Source: an uncultured virus (IMG/VR IMGVR_UViG_3300031788_000008) (lineage: Duplodnaviria > Heunggongvirae > Uroviricota > Caudoviricetes). Taken from it: 20,000 nt of DNA. The position numbers and the translations under genes are program-made. The notes under the pieces are model-generated. The model saw only the letters and a list, made by a program, of their open reading frames with translations, was not told where the DNA came from and searched no databases. Of the stretch, positions 1-7,200 are shown in pieces. Positions within the stretch are counted from its first letter, which is position 1. Each line of letters begins with the position of its first letter. The stretch is taken from IMG/VR virus record IMGVR_UViG_3300031788_000008, positions 55,793-75,792 of that record, one strand, 5' to 3'.

Positions 1-387
1 GGGGATGGGAACTCGGGGGTATTTCACTCCTATGAATCAAATGATCGCCTTGCGGTAGCTTCTGTATCTGGTGGGTTGTTAACCGCGGGTACAAAAGCAA
101 CGATAACAGCCACAGTATGGGCTCGAAAGGATTTTGAAAGCGATTCTCTTGACCTTTACGTTACTTCAAATGTTGTAAATCCTACTTGGGTTTATATCGC
201 TACGCTTAAGCCCACTAAAGATGCACAAAATATTTTATCGACTACATTTACTCTCCCAGCCTCCGGCAATTTACAAGCTGTACGAGCACATTTTCGATAT
301 GAGGGACATGTGAATCCATCGGCTTGTGGTAATTCTTCTGGTGGAGAGTATGATGATTATGATGATTTAGTTTTTGCGGTGAATTAA
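1..387 (+). CDS. C-terminal part of a protein truncated by the window edge; resembles a beta-rich C-terminal domain of secreted bacterial proteases
   Basis: Frame is open from base 1 (GDGNSGVFHSYESNDRL...TVWA...DLY...LQAVRAHFRY...DDYDDLVFAVN*). The motif order matches, from memory, a domain at the end of myxobacterial secreted peptidases. Confidence 0.6.
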   Translation, partial: GDGNSGVFHSYESNDRLAVASVSGGLLTAGTKATITATVWARKDFESDSLDLYVTSNVVNPTWVYIATLKPTKDAQNILSTTFTLPASGNLQAVRAHFRYEGHVNPSACGNSSGGEYDDYDDLVFAVN

Positions 388-394
388 CCAGAGC

Positions 395-470
395 GCTCTT
401 GTAGCTCAGTGTAGAGCATTCCGTGTGCAACGGAAGGGTCGGATGGTTCAACTCCATCCCAAGGGCTCCA
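395..470 (+). tRNA. Atypical tRNA (Cys-like U73; anticodon loop TGTGCAA)
   Basis: Acceptor GCTCTTG/CAAGGGC + T + CCA, D arm TAGCTCAGTGTAGAGC, anticodon stem TTCCG/CGGAA, 6-bp T stem GGATGG-TTCAACT-CCATCC. Confidence 0.8.
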
Positions 471-475
471 AATTT

Positions 476-1441
476 ATGAAGGAAATCTATGAACGAGTAG
501 CGGCAGATTTCGCAGAGAAAATTGACCATCTGTTTGAATCTGAAAAATCCCTAGAGACCACATTTAAACAGTATTACGAAGGTTTGCCCTTTGATCGTAC
601 AGAGCACTGGAGCGGTATCATCCACAAAATTTTATCTGATTCCTGGAAAGACAAAGGACCTGAAGTAAAGTGTGAACCTACAGGAATGGATAAACTTCAA
701 ATTATGCGTTATCTTCATCATCTTCTGGATTACAATATTTTTACTCAAGTACTTCTCAATCTCCAAGGATACACCGGTATGTTTTATATGACCGGAGATG
801 CCCAAGCTGAGATTGAGCGAATGAAATCAGCATGGTCTTCAGCATACAAACTTGACCCCTTTGCTCCAAAGGCTAAAATGCTGAAACAGGCTGAAGCGAT
901 TACCGAAGAACAAAAACAATACAATCAAACTATCAGTGCTCTTCGTGCCCTGCGTATCATCACTCAGTTTACTCCACAAATTAGCTTCAGAGTGAGCCCA
1001 AAAGGGTCTACACCGGCCTTCGCAGACAGTCGTAATATCAGTATGATAGGGTTGGGGGGAGATCGCTTTCTTAAAACGATATCATCCCTCAAACCGTATT
1101 ACATTACTTGGAATCAAGTTCCTCAAATAGCCCAATTTATCGGGATTACCACACCACCAGGGCACGATGTTCCTGTCTCTACATTTAAAGCAGACGGCAT
1201 ATCATATGAATTCCATTCAAAATCTGGTGGAGAAGTGATTCAAGATGTTCTTTTTGCTAGAAAAATCATGTATGAAATCTTCCGAGATGTTAATATAACC
1301 AGAGAGACTTGTATCATGATTCCTCGTATGAATTCTATTTTGATTGTTGGGGATGTAGTATTTGAGAATCTACAAAAGGCATACGAGCGCCTGTACAAGA
1401 TGTATCCGGTCATTAGTTTTGTGGATGGGATTCGTGCCTAA
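476..1441 (+). CDS. Hypothetical protein (~321 aa)
   Basis: Long ORF. Start moved to ATG 476 because the ORF-track start at 425 lies inside the tRNA. No recognised motif. Confidence 0.75.
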   Translation: MKEIYERVAADFAEKIDHLFESEKSLETTFKQYYEGLPFDRTEHWSGIIHKILSDSWKDKGPEVKCEPTGMDKLQIMRYLHHLLDYNIFTQVLLNLQGYTGMFYMTGDAQAEIERMKSAWSSAYKLDPFAPKAKMLKQAEAITEEQKQYNQTISALRALRIITQFTPQISFRVSPKGSTPAFADSRNISMIGLGGDRFLKTISSLKPYYITWNQVPQIAQFIGITTPPGHDVPVSTFKADGISYEFHSKSGGEVIQDVLFARKIMYEIFRDVNITRETCIMIPRMNSILIVGDVVFENLQKAYERLYKMYPVISFVDGIRA

Positions 1442-1616
1442 AAAATGTAGAATTTATCTCTGTGAAAATCAAGCAACTAACTCTCTTCTGTTTAGTGATG
1501 ATTCCATATCATTTTATTGCGCAAAACATTATGATTCCATAACCAAGCGTTGGCTGAAACAGGCAGCGGAAGACTTAGATTGTTTAAAAGCGGTGAAAAG
1601 GAATAAGCTCAGATGA
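1434..1616 (+). CDS. Small Cys/His protein, paralog 1 (KKC-x4-CEN...FYCAKHYD)
   Basis: GTG start overlaps the upstream stop; clear similarity to the next two ORFs. Confidence 0.7.
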   Translation: MPKKCRIYLCENQATNSLLFSDDSISFYCAKHYDSITKRWLKQAAEDLDCLKAVKRNKLR

Positions 1617-1810
1617 AAAAATGTGATTATACTCGCTGTGAAAATTCAACTGTCGCACATATCGATTATTATAATAGTAATTTAAAATTTTACTGTGCGA
1701 AGCATTATGATTTAATAGTTAAACATTTGGCCAAATATGCCCAAGACCCCGATGAATGGGGGATTCAAAGGTGGTTTACAGAAATTCTAAGAAGGAACGG
1801 GATCAGATGA
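1613..1810 (+). CDS. Small Cys/His protein, paralog 2
   Basis: ATGA overlap; MKKCDYTRCEN...FYCAKHYD...ILRRNGIR. Confidence 0.8.
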   Translation: MKKCDYTRCENSTVAHIDYYNSNLKFYCAKHYDLIVKHLAKYAQDPDEWGIQRWFTEILRRNGIR

Positions 1811-2019
1811 AAAAATGTGACTATAATCGTTGTGAAAATTCAGCTGTCGCACATATCGATTACTGCGGGCAAACAGCTCAGCCAATCTGTGGGCCCGCAG
1901 TAAAGTTTTACTGTGCGAAGCATTATGATTTTATAGTTAAATATTTAGCTAAAGATGCCCTAGACCCCGATGATGATGGGTGGTCTACAAAAATTCTAAG
2001 AAGGAACGGGGTCAGATGA
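1807..2019 (+). CDS. Small Cys/His protein, paralog 3
   Basis: ATGA overlap; MKKCDYNRCEN...FYCAKHYD...ILRRNGVR; nucleotide-level duplicate of 1613-1810. Confidence 0.8.
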   Translation: MKKCDYNRCENSAVAHIDYCGQTAQPICGPAVKFYCAKHYDFIVKYLAKDALDPDDDGWSTKILRRNGVR

Positions 2020-2999
2020 AAAAGATATTTCTGTTGGACACAATGAGTTTTATCTACCGCGCTTATCATGCTGCGGCACATCAGTCCATTATGATGAGTA
2101 CTAAAGCAGGATTTCCTACCGGGGCGAGTTATATTTTTTGTAATATGCTTCGTAAATTACAAAAAGATTTTAATCCCGAGTACCTCATCGCCATATGCGA
2201 CACCCCGGGCGAAACCTTTAGAGATAAACTATCCCCTGATTATAAGGCCAATCGCAAGGGCGAAACTCCTTACGACTTGGTACGCCAACTTCCTCACATT
2301 TTTAAGGCGATTGAAGCTTACGGCATCTCTAAAATGGAGTTGGCTGGATATGAAGCAGATGATATTATTGGTACCTTGGCGCGTAAAATTTACGCCGAAG
2401 ATCCTGAAAATCAAGTATACATTGTGACCGGTGATAAGGATATGTTTCAGTTGGTAAACGACAGAACATTTACCATCAATCCTATGAAAGACTTGGTGTG
2501 TGATGTAGAAAAAGTGACTGAGATTGTGGGTGTGCCCCCAGAACAAGTTGTAGATGTCATGGCTTTACGTGGAGACACCACAGACAATGTGCCCGGAGCC
2601 CCGGGAATCGGCAAGAAGGGGTCTGTAGACATCATCAAGCAGTTTGGTTCTTTAGAACAAGCTTTTGTACGAGCGGATGAATTGAAGCGTAAATCATATA
2701 AAGAGTCCTTAAAAAATAATCAAGCTCAAATCCTACTCAGCAAACAATTAGTGACCATAGAAATCAATGCTCCCGTAGAACTTAGTATTTCGTCTATGAA
2801 AATAGGGGAAACTAATACTGAAGCTCTGAGTTCTTTATACAAAGAACTAGAGTTCGCCACTCTTTTGAAAAGAGAAGGTTTAGGAGCGCTGCCTGAAATT
2901 GTAGATGACTTCGCAGAAATCGTACCTCCTGATGACATTCTCACCCAAACCACGATGACCAAAGAAGATGCGGATGATTTGATCGACAGTATTTCATAG
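2016..2999 (+). CDS. Stand-alone 5'-3' exonuclease / flap endonuclease (Pol I N-terminal domain homolog)
   Basis: LLDTMSFIYRAYHA, YKANR, GYEADDIIGTLA, IVTGDKD, ALRGDTTDNVPGAPGIGKK (H3TH); no polymerase domain follows. Confidence 0.93.
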   Translation: MKKIFLLDTMSFIYRAYHAAAHQSIMMSTKAGFPTGASYIFCNMLRKLQKDFNPEYLIAICDTPGETFRDKLSPDYKANRKGETPYDLVRQLPHIFKAIEAYGISKMELAGYEADDIIGTLARKIYAEDPENQVYIVTGDKDMFQLVNDRTFTINPMKDLVCDVEKVTEIVGVPPEQVVDVMALRGDTTDNVPGAPGIGKKGSVDIIKQFGSLEQAFVRADELKRKSYKESLKNNQAQILLSKQLVTIEINAPVELSISSMKIGETNTEALSSLYKELEFATLLKREGLGALPEIVDDFAEIVPPDDILTQTTMTKEDADDLIDSIS

Positions 3000-3001
3000 A
3001 T

Positions 3002-3468
3002 ATGGCTAAATATAATTGTAGCTGCGGTGAACCAGCGTTTGCTGTTATGTGCGGGGAAGAAGGTTTTCCTGTTTGTTTTGATCATTTTTTCAAACAGATA
3101 AAAGAAGATGTTGAATATAATTTAAAACAGGCAGTTGGAAATACTGAAAGGTTTCAAATCCATTGTTTTTTCAAGAATGATGAACCTATTTATCTTCCTT
3201 TTGCGAGCTATCTTCAACTAGGAGAGAACCAACACTGCTGGGATAAATCTGATAACTGGAAAGATATTACTCCCTGTAAACATGAGAAATATGGGAACTA
3301 TATAGTTAATATAAGTCCCAGAAATTTCATATAGCAAAAGCATTCGAGAATGACCCGGTTTATAGCGATGATGACCAGCTTAAATATTGTGATTCCTGTG
3401 GAGTAAATAAACTACAGGAAAGAAAAGCCCGCGGCAGAATTTTTAATACTGGAAAAAGAAATGATTGA
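3002..3468 (+). pseudogene. Hypothetical Cys-rich protein frameshifted by a 27-bp mini-element (as annotated, ends at 3334)
   Basis: Removing 3293-3319 plus one 8-bp duplication joins ...CKHEK to FHIAKAFENDPVYSDDDQLKYCDSCG...KRND* (stop 3466-3468). Confidence 0.7.
3293..3319 (+). mobile_element. 27-bp micro-MITE made of the two ends of the tnpB element at 17256-18425
   Basis: GGGAACTATATAGTTAA (= 17256-17272) fused to TATAAGTCCC (= 18416-18425), flanked by AGAAATAT (3285-3292) and AGAAATTT (3320-3327). Confidence 0.85.
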
Positions 3469-3569
3469 TGTTAACATATCGACCTATTAGCGGGTATTGA
3501 TCAAAATTAGTTAGGGGTACAAAATCAATCCCGAAATTTTCAGACTTTCAAAATTATATTCATACAACC

Positions 3570-3597
3570 TTGAAATTTAACCTCACTGTGGTATTAT
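3570..3597 (+). promoter_or_regulatory. Putative sigma70-type promoter
   Basis: TTGAAA-16-TATTAT with TGn extension, upstream of the 3672 gene. Confidence 0.5.
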
Positions 3598-3671
3598 AAA
3601 TATATAGCAAACATTTATCGATGAAGCCACTTTATTGTGGTAAACCATAACAATTCAACCCCAGAGGAAAT

Positions 3672-4307
3672 ATGAATAAATCAATTGTTACCGTTCTTTC
3701 ACTAGCACTTTTTATGACTCCCCTTATTGCACAAGAAGAAAAAGGTGGACATGAATCGGCTAGACCCCAAGCAGCGCAACATGAAGGCGCAGCAAAACAA
3801 ACAGCACCAAAACAAGAAAAAGTTCCAAAGGCTGAAAAAGTAGCCAAAGTTCCGAAGGCTGAGAAACAAGAAAAGGCCCCAAAGACAGAGAAAGTAGCTA
3901 AGACTCAGGCTCCAAAAGCTGAGAAGCAAGCAAGATCTGAAAAGCCTACAGCTGTAAAGGCCCAAAAGCAGGAAAAAGTAAAGGCTGAAAAACCAGAGAC
4001 TCAAAAAGAGGATCGTACCAATGAGATAGCACATCAAAATTGGAACGGTAAGAATTTTAAGCCAGAATACTTTAAATCTAACTTTGGTGAATCGCACGGT
4101 TTTGGTATTCGCAGTGCTCAATGGCAGGGAAATCAATTCCATTCAGGCTCACGCTTTATGTTCGGCGGTGCGTGGTTTGTACTAGGAGAGGATCTACCTC
4201 TAGATTGGTACAGCTGCAACACCTATATCAATGAATATGAAGGCGGATATGCTCTTTACTGCCCTGAATATCCAGGCGTTCCATTTGGAATCACTGTAGT
4301 ATTCTAA
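3672..4307 (+). CDS. Secreted protein with Lys/Glu/Ala/Pro low-complexity linker and aromatic C-terminal domain
   Basis: RBS AGAGGA; signal peptide MNKSIVTVLSLALFMTPLIA; PKAEK repeats; C-terminus (FGESHGF..FMFGGAWF..WY..YI...GGYALY) recalls Acidobacteria hypothetical proteins. Confidence 0.8.
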   Translation: MNKSIVTVLSLALFMTPLIAQEEKGGHESARPQAAQHEGAAKQTAPKQEKVPKAEKVAKVPKAEKQEKAPKTEKVAKTQAPKAEKQARSEKPTAVKAQKQEKVKAEKPETQKEDRTNEIAHQNWNGKNFKPEYFKSNFGESHGFGIRSAQWQGNQFHSGSRFMFGGAWFVLGEDLPLDWYSCNTYINEYEGGYALYCPEYPGVPFGITVVF

Positions 4308-4327
4308 TAACCGTTAACATTAACATC

Positions 4328-4360
4328 AATATAGCCACTAATATAGTGGCTATATTTTTT
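4328..4360 (+). terminator. Intrinsic terminator with a duplicated 3' arm
   Basis: AATATAGCCACTA-ATA-TAGTGGCTATATT then T-run; GTGGCTATATTTTTTATC is tandemly repeated (4346-4381). Confidence 0.7.
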
Positions 4361-4562
4361 ATCGTGGCTATATTTTTTATCGTTACACTTGTTAAATTTT
4401 TATCGGACTTTTCATTTCATAAGTAGATACGAGAAGAAAAATTATTTGAAATACTAGGATGAAATAATTGGTCTGCTGCGAAACTCGTAGCTTTCAAAAC
4501 CCCACAACTAACAAGGTTCGCCGTGGAAACTACAGTCAACCAACCAAAGACAAGGAGAATTT

Positions 4563-5168
4563 ATGAATTTCGATTATACCCCAAAAGCATCAGGACCAAA
4601 GAAAGCAATTGGCCTATCTGTTACACAAACCATCAATAATGACGGCACAGCTTCAACAAACGCAATTTTTCAAGACAGCGATGGATTACCGATCACTGCC
4701 GCTCAGTTCAACAATTTATACCCAGTAGGTGTAGCGCTTCCAACGGTTACCGCTGGCGACAGTACACCAGGCCCTTCAGCATTTAAAGTTGTAGCAGTTA
4801 CTCCTCCAACTGCAAGCACTGCGGTCCCTGGGGCCTTTGTTGTAGCTACAACTTCCGCTGTTACACCACCTTCAGTTCCACCACCAACTGGCTGGGGACA
4901 AGCTGTGGATTTTACTTGCTCAATCGCTAGTGGATTGGTAGGACAATCTACAACCCAATCTGTGGATGCCGGAACATTGAGTGTTGTCAGCAACTCCAAC
5001 AATCCAGCAGCGTTCACCGTATCAACAAACAGCAGCGGTGTAGGGCTGGTGGCAGCGGGCGTGCCAGCTACTACGATTAAAAGTGCGTTTACTTCACCTG
5101 CTAAGCCTACGATTACCCCTGGATATCAACATTCTCCAGATCCATCAACAGGCCGTAAGATTTATTAG
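4563..5168 (+). CDS. Thr/Ser/Pro/Ala-rich protein, possibly virion-associated
   Basis: RBS AAGGAG; beta-rich, low-charge composition; followed by a terminator. Confidence 0.75.
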   Translation: MNFDYTPKASGPKKAIGLSVTQTINNDGTASTNAIFQDSDGLPITAAQFNNLYPVGVALPTVTAGDSTPGPSAFKVVAVTPPTASTAVPGAFVVATTSAVTPPSVPPPTGWGQAVDFTCSIASGLVGQSTTQSVDAGTLSVVSNSNNPAAFTVSTNSSGVGLVAAGVPATTIKSAFTSPAKPTITPGYQHSPDPSTGRKIY

Positions 5169-5224
5169 GCACAATTATTATGCCGGCCCAAAACACAGTC
5201 ATGTAATAGAATTTGCACAACTAT

Positions 5225-5260
5225 AAAAGCCGTCAACTAAAAATTGACGGCTTTTGTTTT
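5225..5260 (+). terminator. Intrinsic (possibly bidirectional) terminator
   Basis: AAAAGCCGTCAA-CTAAAAA-TTGACGGCTTTT-GTTTT. Confidence 0.85.
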
Positions 5261-5324
5261 GAAAAGAGATAAATGGAATAAATCAGTATTATATATTAAG
5301 TCCGGCCCGCCATAATCTGATTAC

Positions 5325-5636
5325 CAAAAAACGCCGTGAAGCCACGCCCTTCAGGCTGGGGATATAAGGCGGAAAGTGCTTGTATTAGATCGCAGGTTGT
5401 GGTATTTTTATTGTATGGCACTCGAAGGCTACAAAATAAGCATTGAAAGTCTTGCGAAAACCAAGCTGGCTAAATCAATGCTGCATTCGGGAATTATCGT
5501 CGCCTCGGGATACATGGAGTCGTTAAACGACTGCGGACAGTGTGTAAGTCTTGCGAAAGCAAGCAGCGCTGGTTGAAACAGTTAAGGGCGGCTTTGCCGC
5601 CTAGAATCCCTCGCCTTTAGGCGTGGGGAGTATCAA
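5325..5636 (+). mobile_element. Non-autonomous IS200/IS605-family element with internally deleted tnpB
   Basis: Preceded by TTAC; left hairpin GAAGCCACGCCCTTCAGGCTGGGG; tnpB fragments MALEGYKI and LAKTKLAKSM; right end GAATCCCTCGCCTTTAGGCGTGGGGAGTATCAA. Confidence 0.85.
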
Positions 5637-5657
5637 TAGATAGGGAGAGAAACAAAT

Positions 5658-5882
5658 ATGAATTTTCAAGAGCGTGTTATAACAGAAAAAAGAGAACTAG
5701 ACAATAAACTGGATAAATTGCAAGCCTTTATAAATGAAGGAACGGTTTATGCACAGCTTCCCAAAGAGGAACGTTCAAGATTAGCGAGACAGGCAACTGT
5801 CATGATTGAGTACTCTCAAATTCTCGCTGATCGTATCGCAAAATTTCAAGGGTATGATCCAACTAAAATTTGGTCTTTGTAA
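5658..5882 (+). CDS. Small coiled-coil phage protein (crAss001_48-like)
   Basis: FQERVITEKRELDNKLDKLQAFI...RLARQATVMIEYSQILADRI pattern; RBS GGGAGA. Confidence 0.75.
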   Translation: MNFQERVITEKRELDNKLDKLQAFINEGTVYAQLPKEERSRLARQATVMIEYSQILADRIAKFQGYDPTKIWSL

Positions 5883-5889
5883 ATAAATC

Positions 5890-5918
5890 TTGACAAATAT
5901 TCCAACTACCAGTATTAT
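5890..5918 (+). promoter_or_regulatory. Sigma70-type promoter of the Tyr/Leu tRNA cluster
   Basis: TTGACA-17 bp-TATTAT. Confidence 0.85.
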
Positions 5919-5933
5919 ACTCATAAGGCATTT

Positions 5934-6017
5934 ATGAACAACATTACCCTATCACCGTCATTGTCGTTGCTGGCTTATTACCTTAGCTTGCCACGCGGCG
6001 GTGTGTTCAACGGGTAA
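5934..6017 (+). CDS. Putative attenuator leader peptide MNNITLSPSLSLLAYYLSLPRGGVFNG (Leu/Ser/Tyr-rich)
   Basis: 27 codons directly after the promoter; Leu CTA,TTG,TTG,CTG,CTT,TTG; Tyr TAT,TAC; Ser TCA,TCA,TCG,AGC. Confidence 0.8.
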   Translation: MNNITLSPSLSLLAYYLSLPRGGVFNG

Positions 6018-6041
6018 ATTTTAACCCGATTCGAATTAACC

Positions 6042-6072
6042 GCCGCCCCGAAATGGGCGGCTTTTGTTTTTT
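6042..6072 (+). terminator. Attenuator terminator, mutually exclusive with antiterminator 5995-6046
   Basis: GCCGCCC-CGAAAT-GGGCGGC-TTTTGTTTTTT; leader GCGGCGGT (5995-6002) is complementary to ACCGCCGC (6039-6046). Confidence 0.85.
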
Positions 6073-6077
6073 GTGGT

Positions 6078-6107
6078 AAGCCCAGACTTCTAGTCTGGGT
6101 AGATGAC
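6078..6107. repeat. Isolated IS200/IS605-type terminal hairpin
   Basis: AAGCCCAGACTTCTAGTCTGGGTAGATGAC; similar to the hairpin at 17020-17046. Confidence 0.55.
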
Positions 6108-6111
6108 CTTT

Positions 6112-6204
6112 GCCTAGAACGCAGATACGGTTGGCTGCATCCGGCTGTAACCCGGAATTTGGCTAGTCCAGACAATGGGAGTTCGAATCTCTCTCTAGGC
6201 ACCA
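6112..6204 (+). tRNA. tRNA-Tyr(GTA)
   Basis: GCCTAGA/TCTAGGC+ACCA; TCCGG-CTGTAAC-CCGGA; long variable arm; TTCGAAT T loop; A instead of U at position 8. Confidence 0.9.
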
Positions 6205-6223
6205 AAATTTTATAGGGGTGATT

Positions 6224-6499
6224 ATGGAAAAATTCATGTCCAGATCGGAACAGAAACGAGTAGCTTCAATGAAGGGAGAGCCCGCGCCTTCATTTGAGAT
6301 TAGAGTTGAATACGATGATGGCGAATCGGTTTGGCATGATGGTAAAAGTCCTTTTTGTACACGCAGGGATCGCCCAATGGGAATGTACGCTATGATGCCG
6401 GATGACACGCAGCGGCCTTTAAATATAGGGTACATGCGTGTGAGTGAAATGCAAGGATTGGAAAAACTCCTCAATGAAATTTTAAATTTTAAGAAATAG
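6224..6499 (+). CDS. Hypothetical protein inside the tRNA cluster
   Basis: RBS AGGGGTG then ATG; exactly fills the gap between two tRNAs. Confidence 0.7.
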   Translation: MEKFMSRSEQKRVASMKGEPAPSFEIRVEYDDGESVWHDGKSPFCTRRDRPMGMYAMMPDDTQRPLNIGYMRVSEMQGLEKLLNEILNFKK

Positions 6500-6503
6500 T
6501 TTT

Positions 6504-6588
6504 GCGGCTGTGGTGGAATGGGCAGACACACCATCTTGAGGGGGTGGCGTCGAAAGATGTGAGAGTTCAAATCTCTCCAGCCGCACCA
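6504..6588 (+). tRNA. tRNA-Leu(GAG)
   Basis: GCGGCTG/CAGCCGC+ACCA; CCATC-TTGAGGG-GGTGG; long variable arm. Confidence 0.95.
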
Positions 6589-6612
6589 AGTTTAGAGTCA
6601 AACCGTAGTTGT

Positions 6613-6711
6613 GAGGTTGCAACGGGGAGCTAACACAATGCTGCTCGATAAGAAGCGAAAGCTTCCGCTCGCGGGCGTAAGGTCGGGGTGCAGGCGTTGA
6701 TCCGTTGCCTC
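6613..6711 (+). ncRNA. Unidentified structured RNA between tRNA-Leu genes
   Basis: Closing stem GCAACGG/CCGTTGC; internal GAAGC-GAAA-GCTTC hairpin; GC-rich island in AT-rich DNA. Confidence 0.45.
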
Positions 6712-6723
6712 TAAAATAAGTTT

Positions 6724-6809
6724 GCCGGGTTGGTGGAATTGGGAGACACTCTGGACTTAGGATCCAGCGGTTAACAGCCATGCAGGTTCGACCCCTGTAC
6801 TCGGCACCA
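6724..6809 (+). tRNA. tRNA-Leu(TAG)
   Basis: GCCGGGT/ACTCGGC+ACCA; CTGGA-CTTAGGA-TCCAG. Confidence 0.95.
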
Positions 6810-6816
6810 AAAATTT

Positions 6817-6907
6817 GCGCGGGTGATGAAACTAGGGAGACATGCAGCGTTCAGACCGCTGTGCCCTTAAACAAGGCGTGCAGGTTCAATTCCTGTTCCG
6901 CGCACCA
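6817..6907 (+). tRNA. tRNA-Leu(CAG)
   Basis: GCGCGGG/TCCGCGC+ACCA; CAGCG-TTCAGAC-CGCTG. Confidence 0.95.
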
Positions 6908-6920
6908 ATTTTGTAGATAG

Positions 6921-7011
6921 GCCAGAATGGCGGAATTAGGGAGACGCGCACGGCTCAAGCCCGTGTGAGCCTAAAAAACTCGTGGGGGTTCGATTCCCCC
7001 TTCTGGCACCA
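6921..7011 (+). tRNA. tRNA-Leu(CAA)
   Basis: GCCAGAA/TTCTGGC+ACCA; CACGG-CTCAAGC-CCGTG. Confidence 0.95.
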
Positions 7012-7200
7012 AAAATAAGTATTACATTTTATGGGCATATTTATTTGGCAGTGTATCAACTGTAAAAAGTTAGTAAAAACTTCCATGGATTTTTCTATCA
7101 ATGATCGTCCAATATGTTTTGAATGATGATGAAGTAGCAGAATTTTTTGCTAGACTTTCAAAAATCAATTTTAAAAAACAATAACTATTTAAGTATCTTA

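Noticed and set aside
5376..5576. 66-aa ORF as a real gene
   Set aside because: It is a fusion of tnpB fragments inside the deleted IS605 element.
7031..7126. Small CxxC ORF after tRNA-Leu(CAA)
   Set aside because: Only 31 codons with no RBS; possibly a decayed gene but unsupported.
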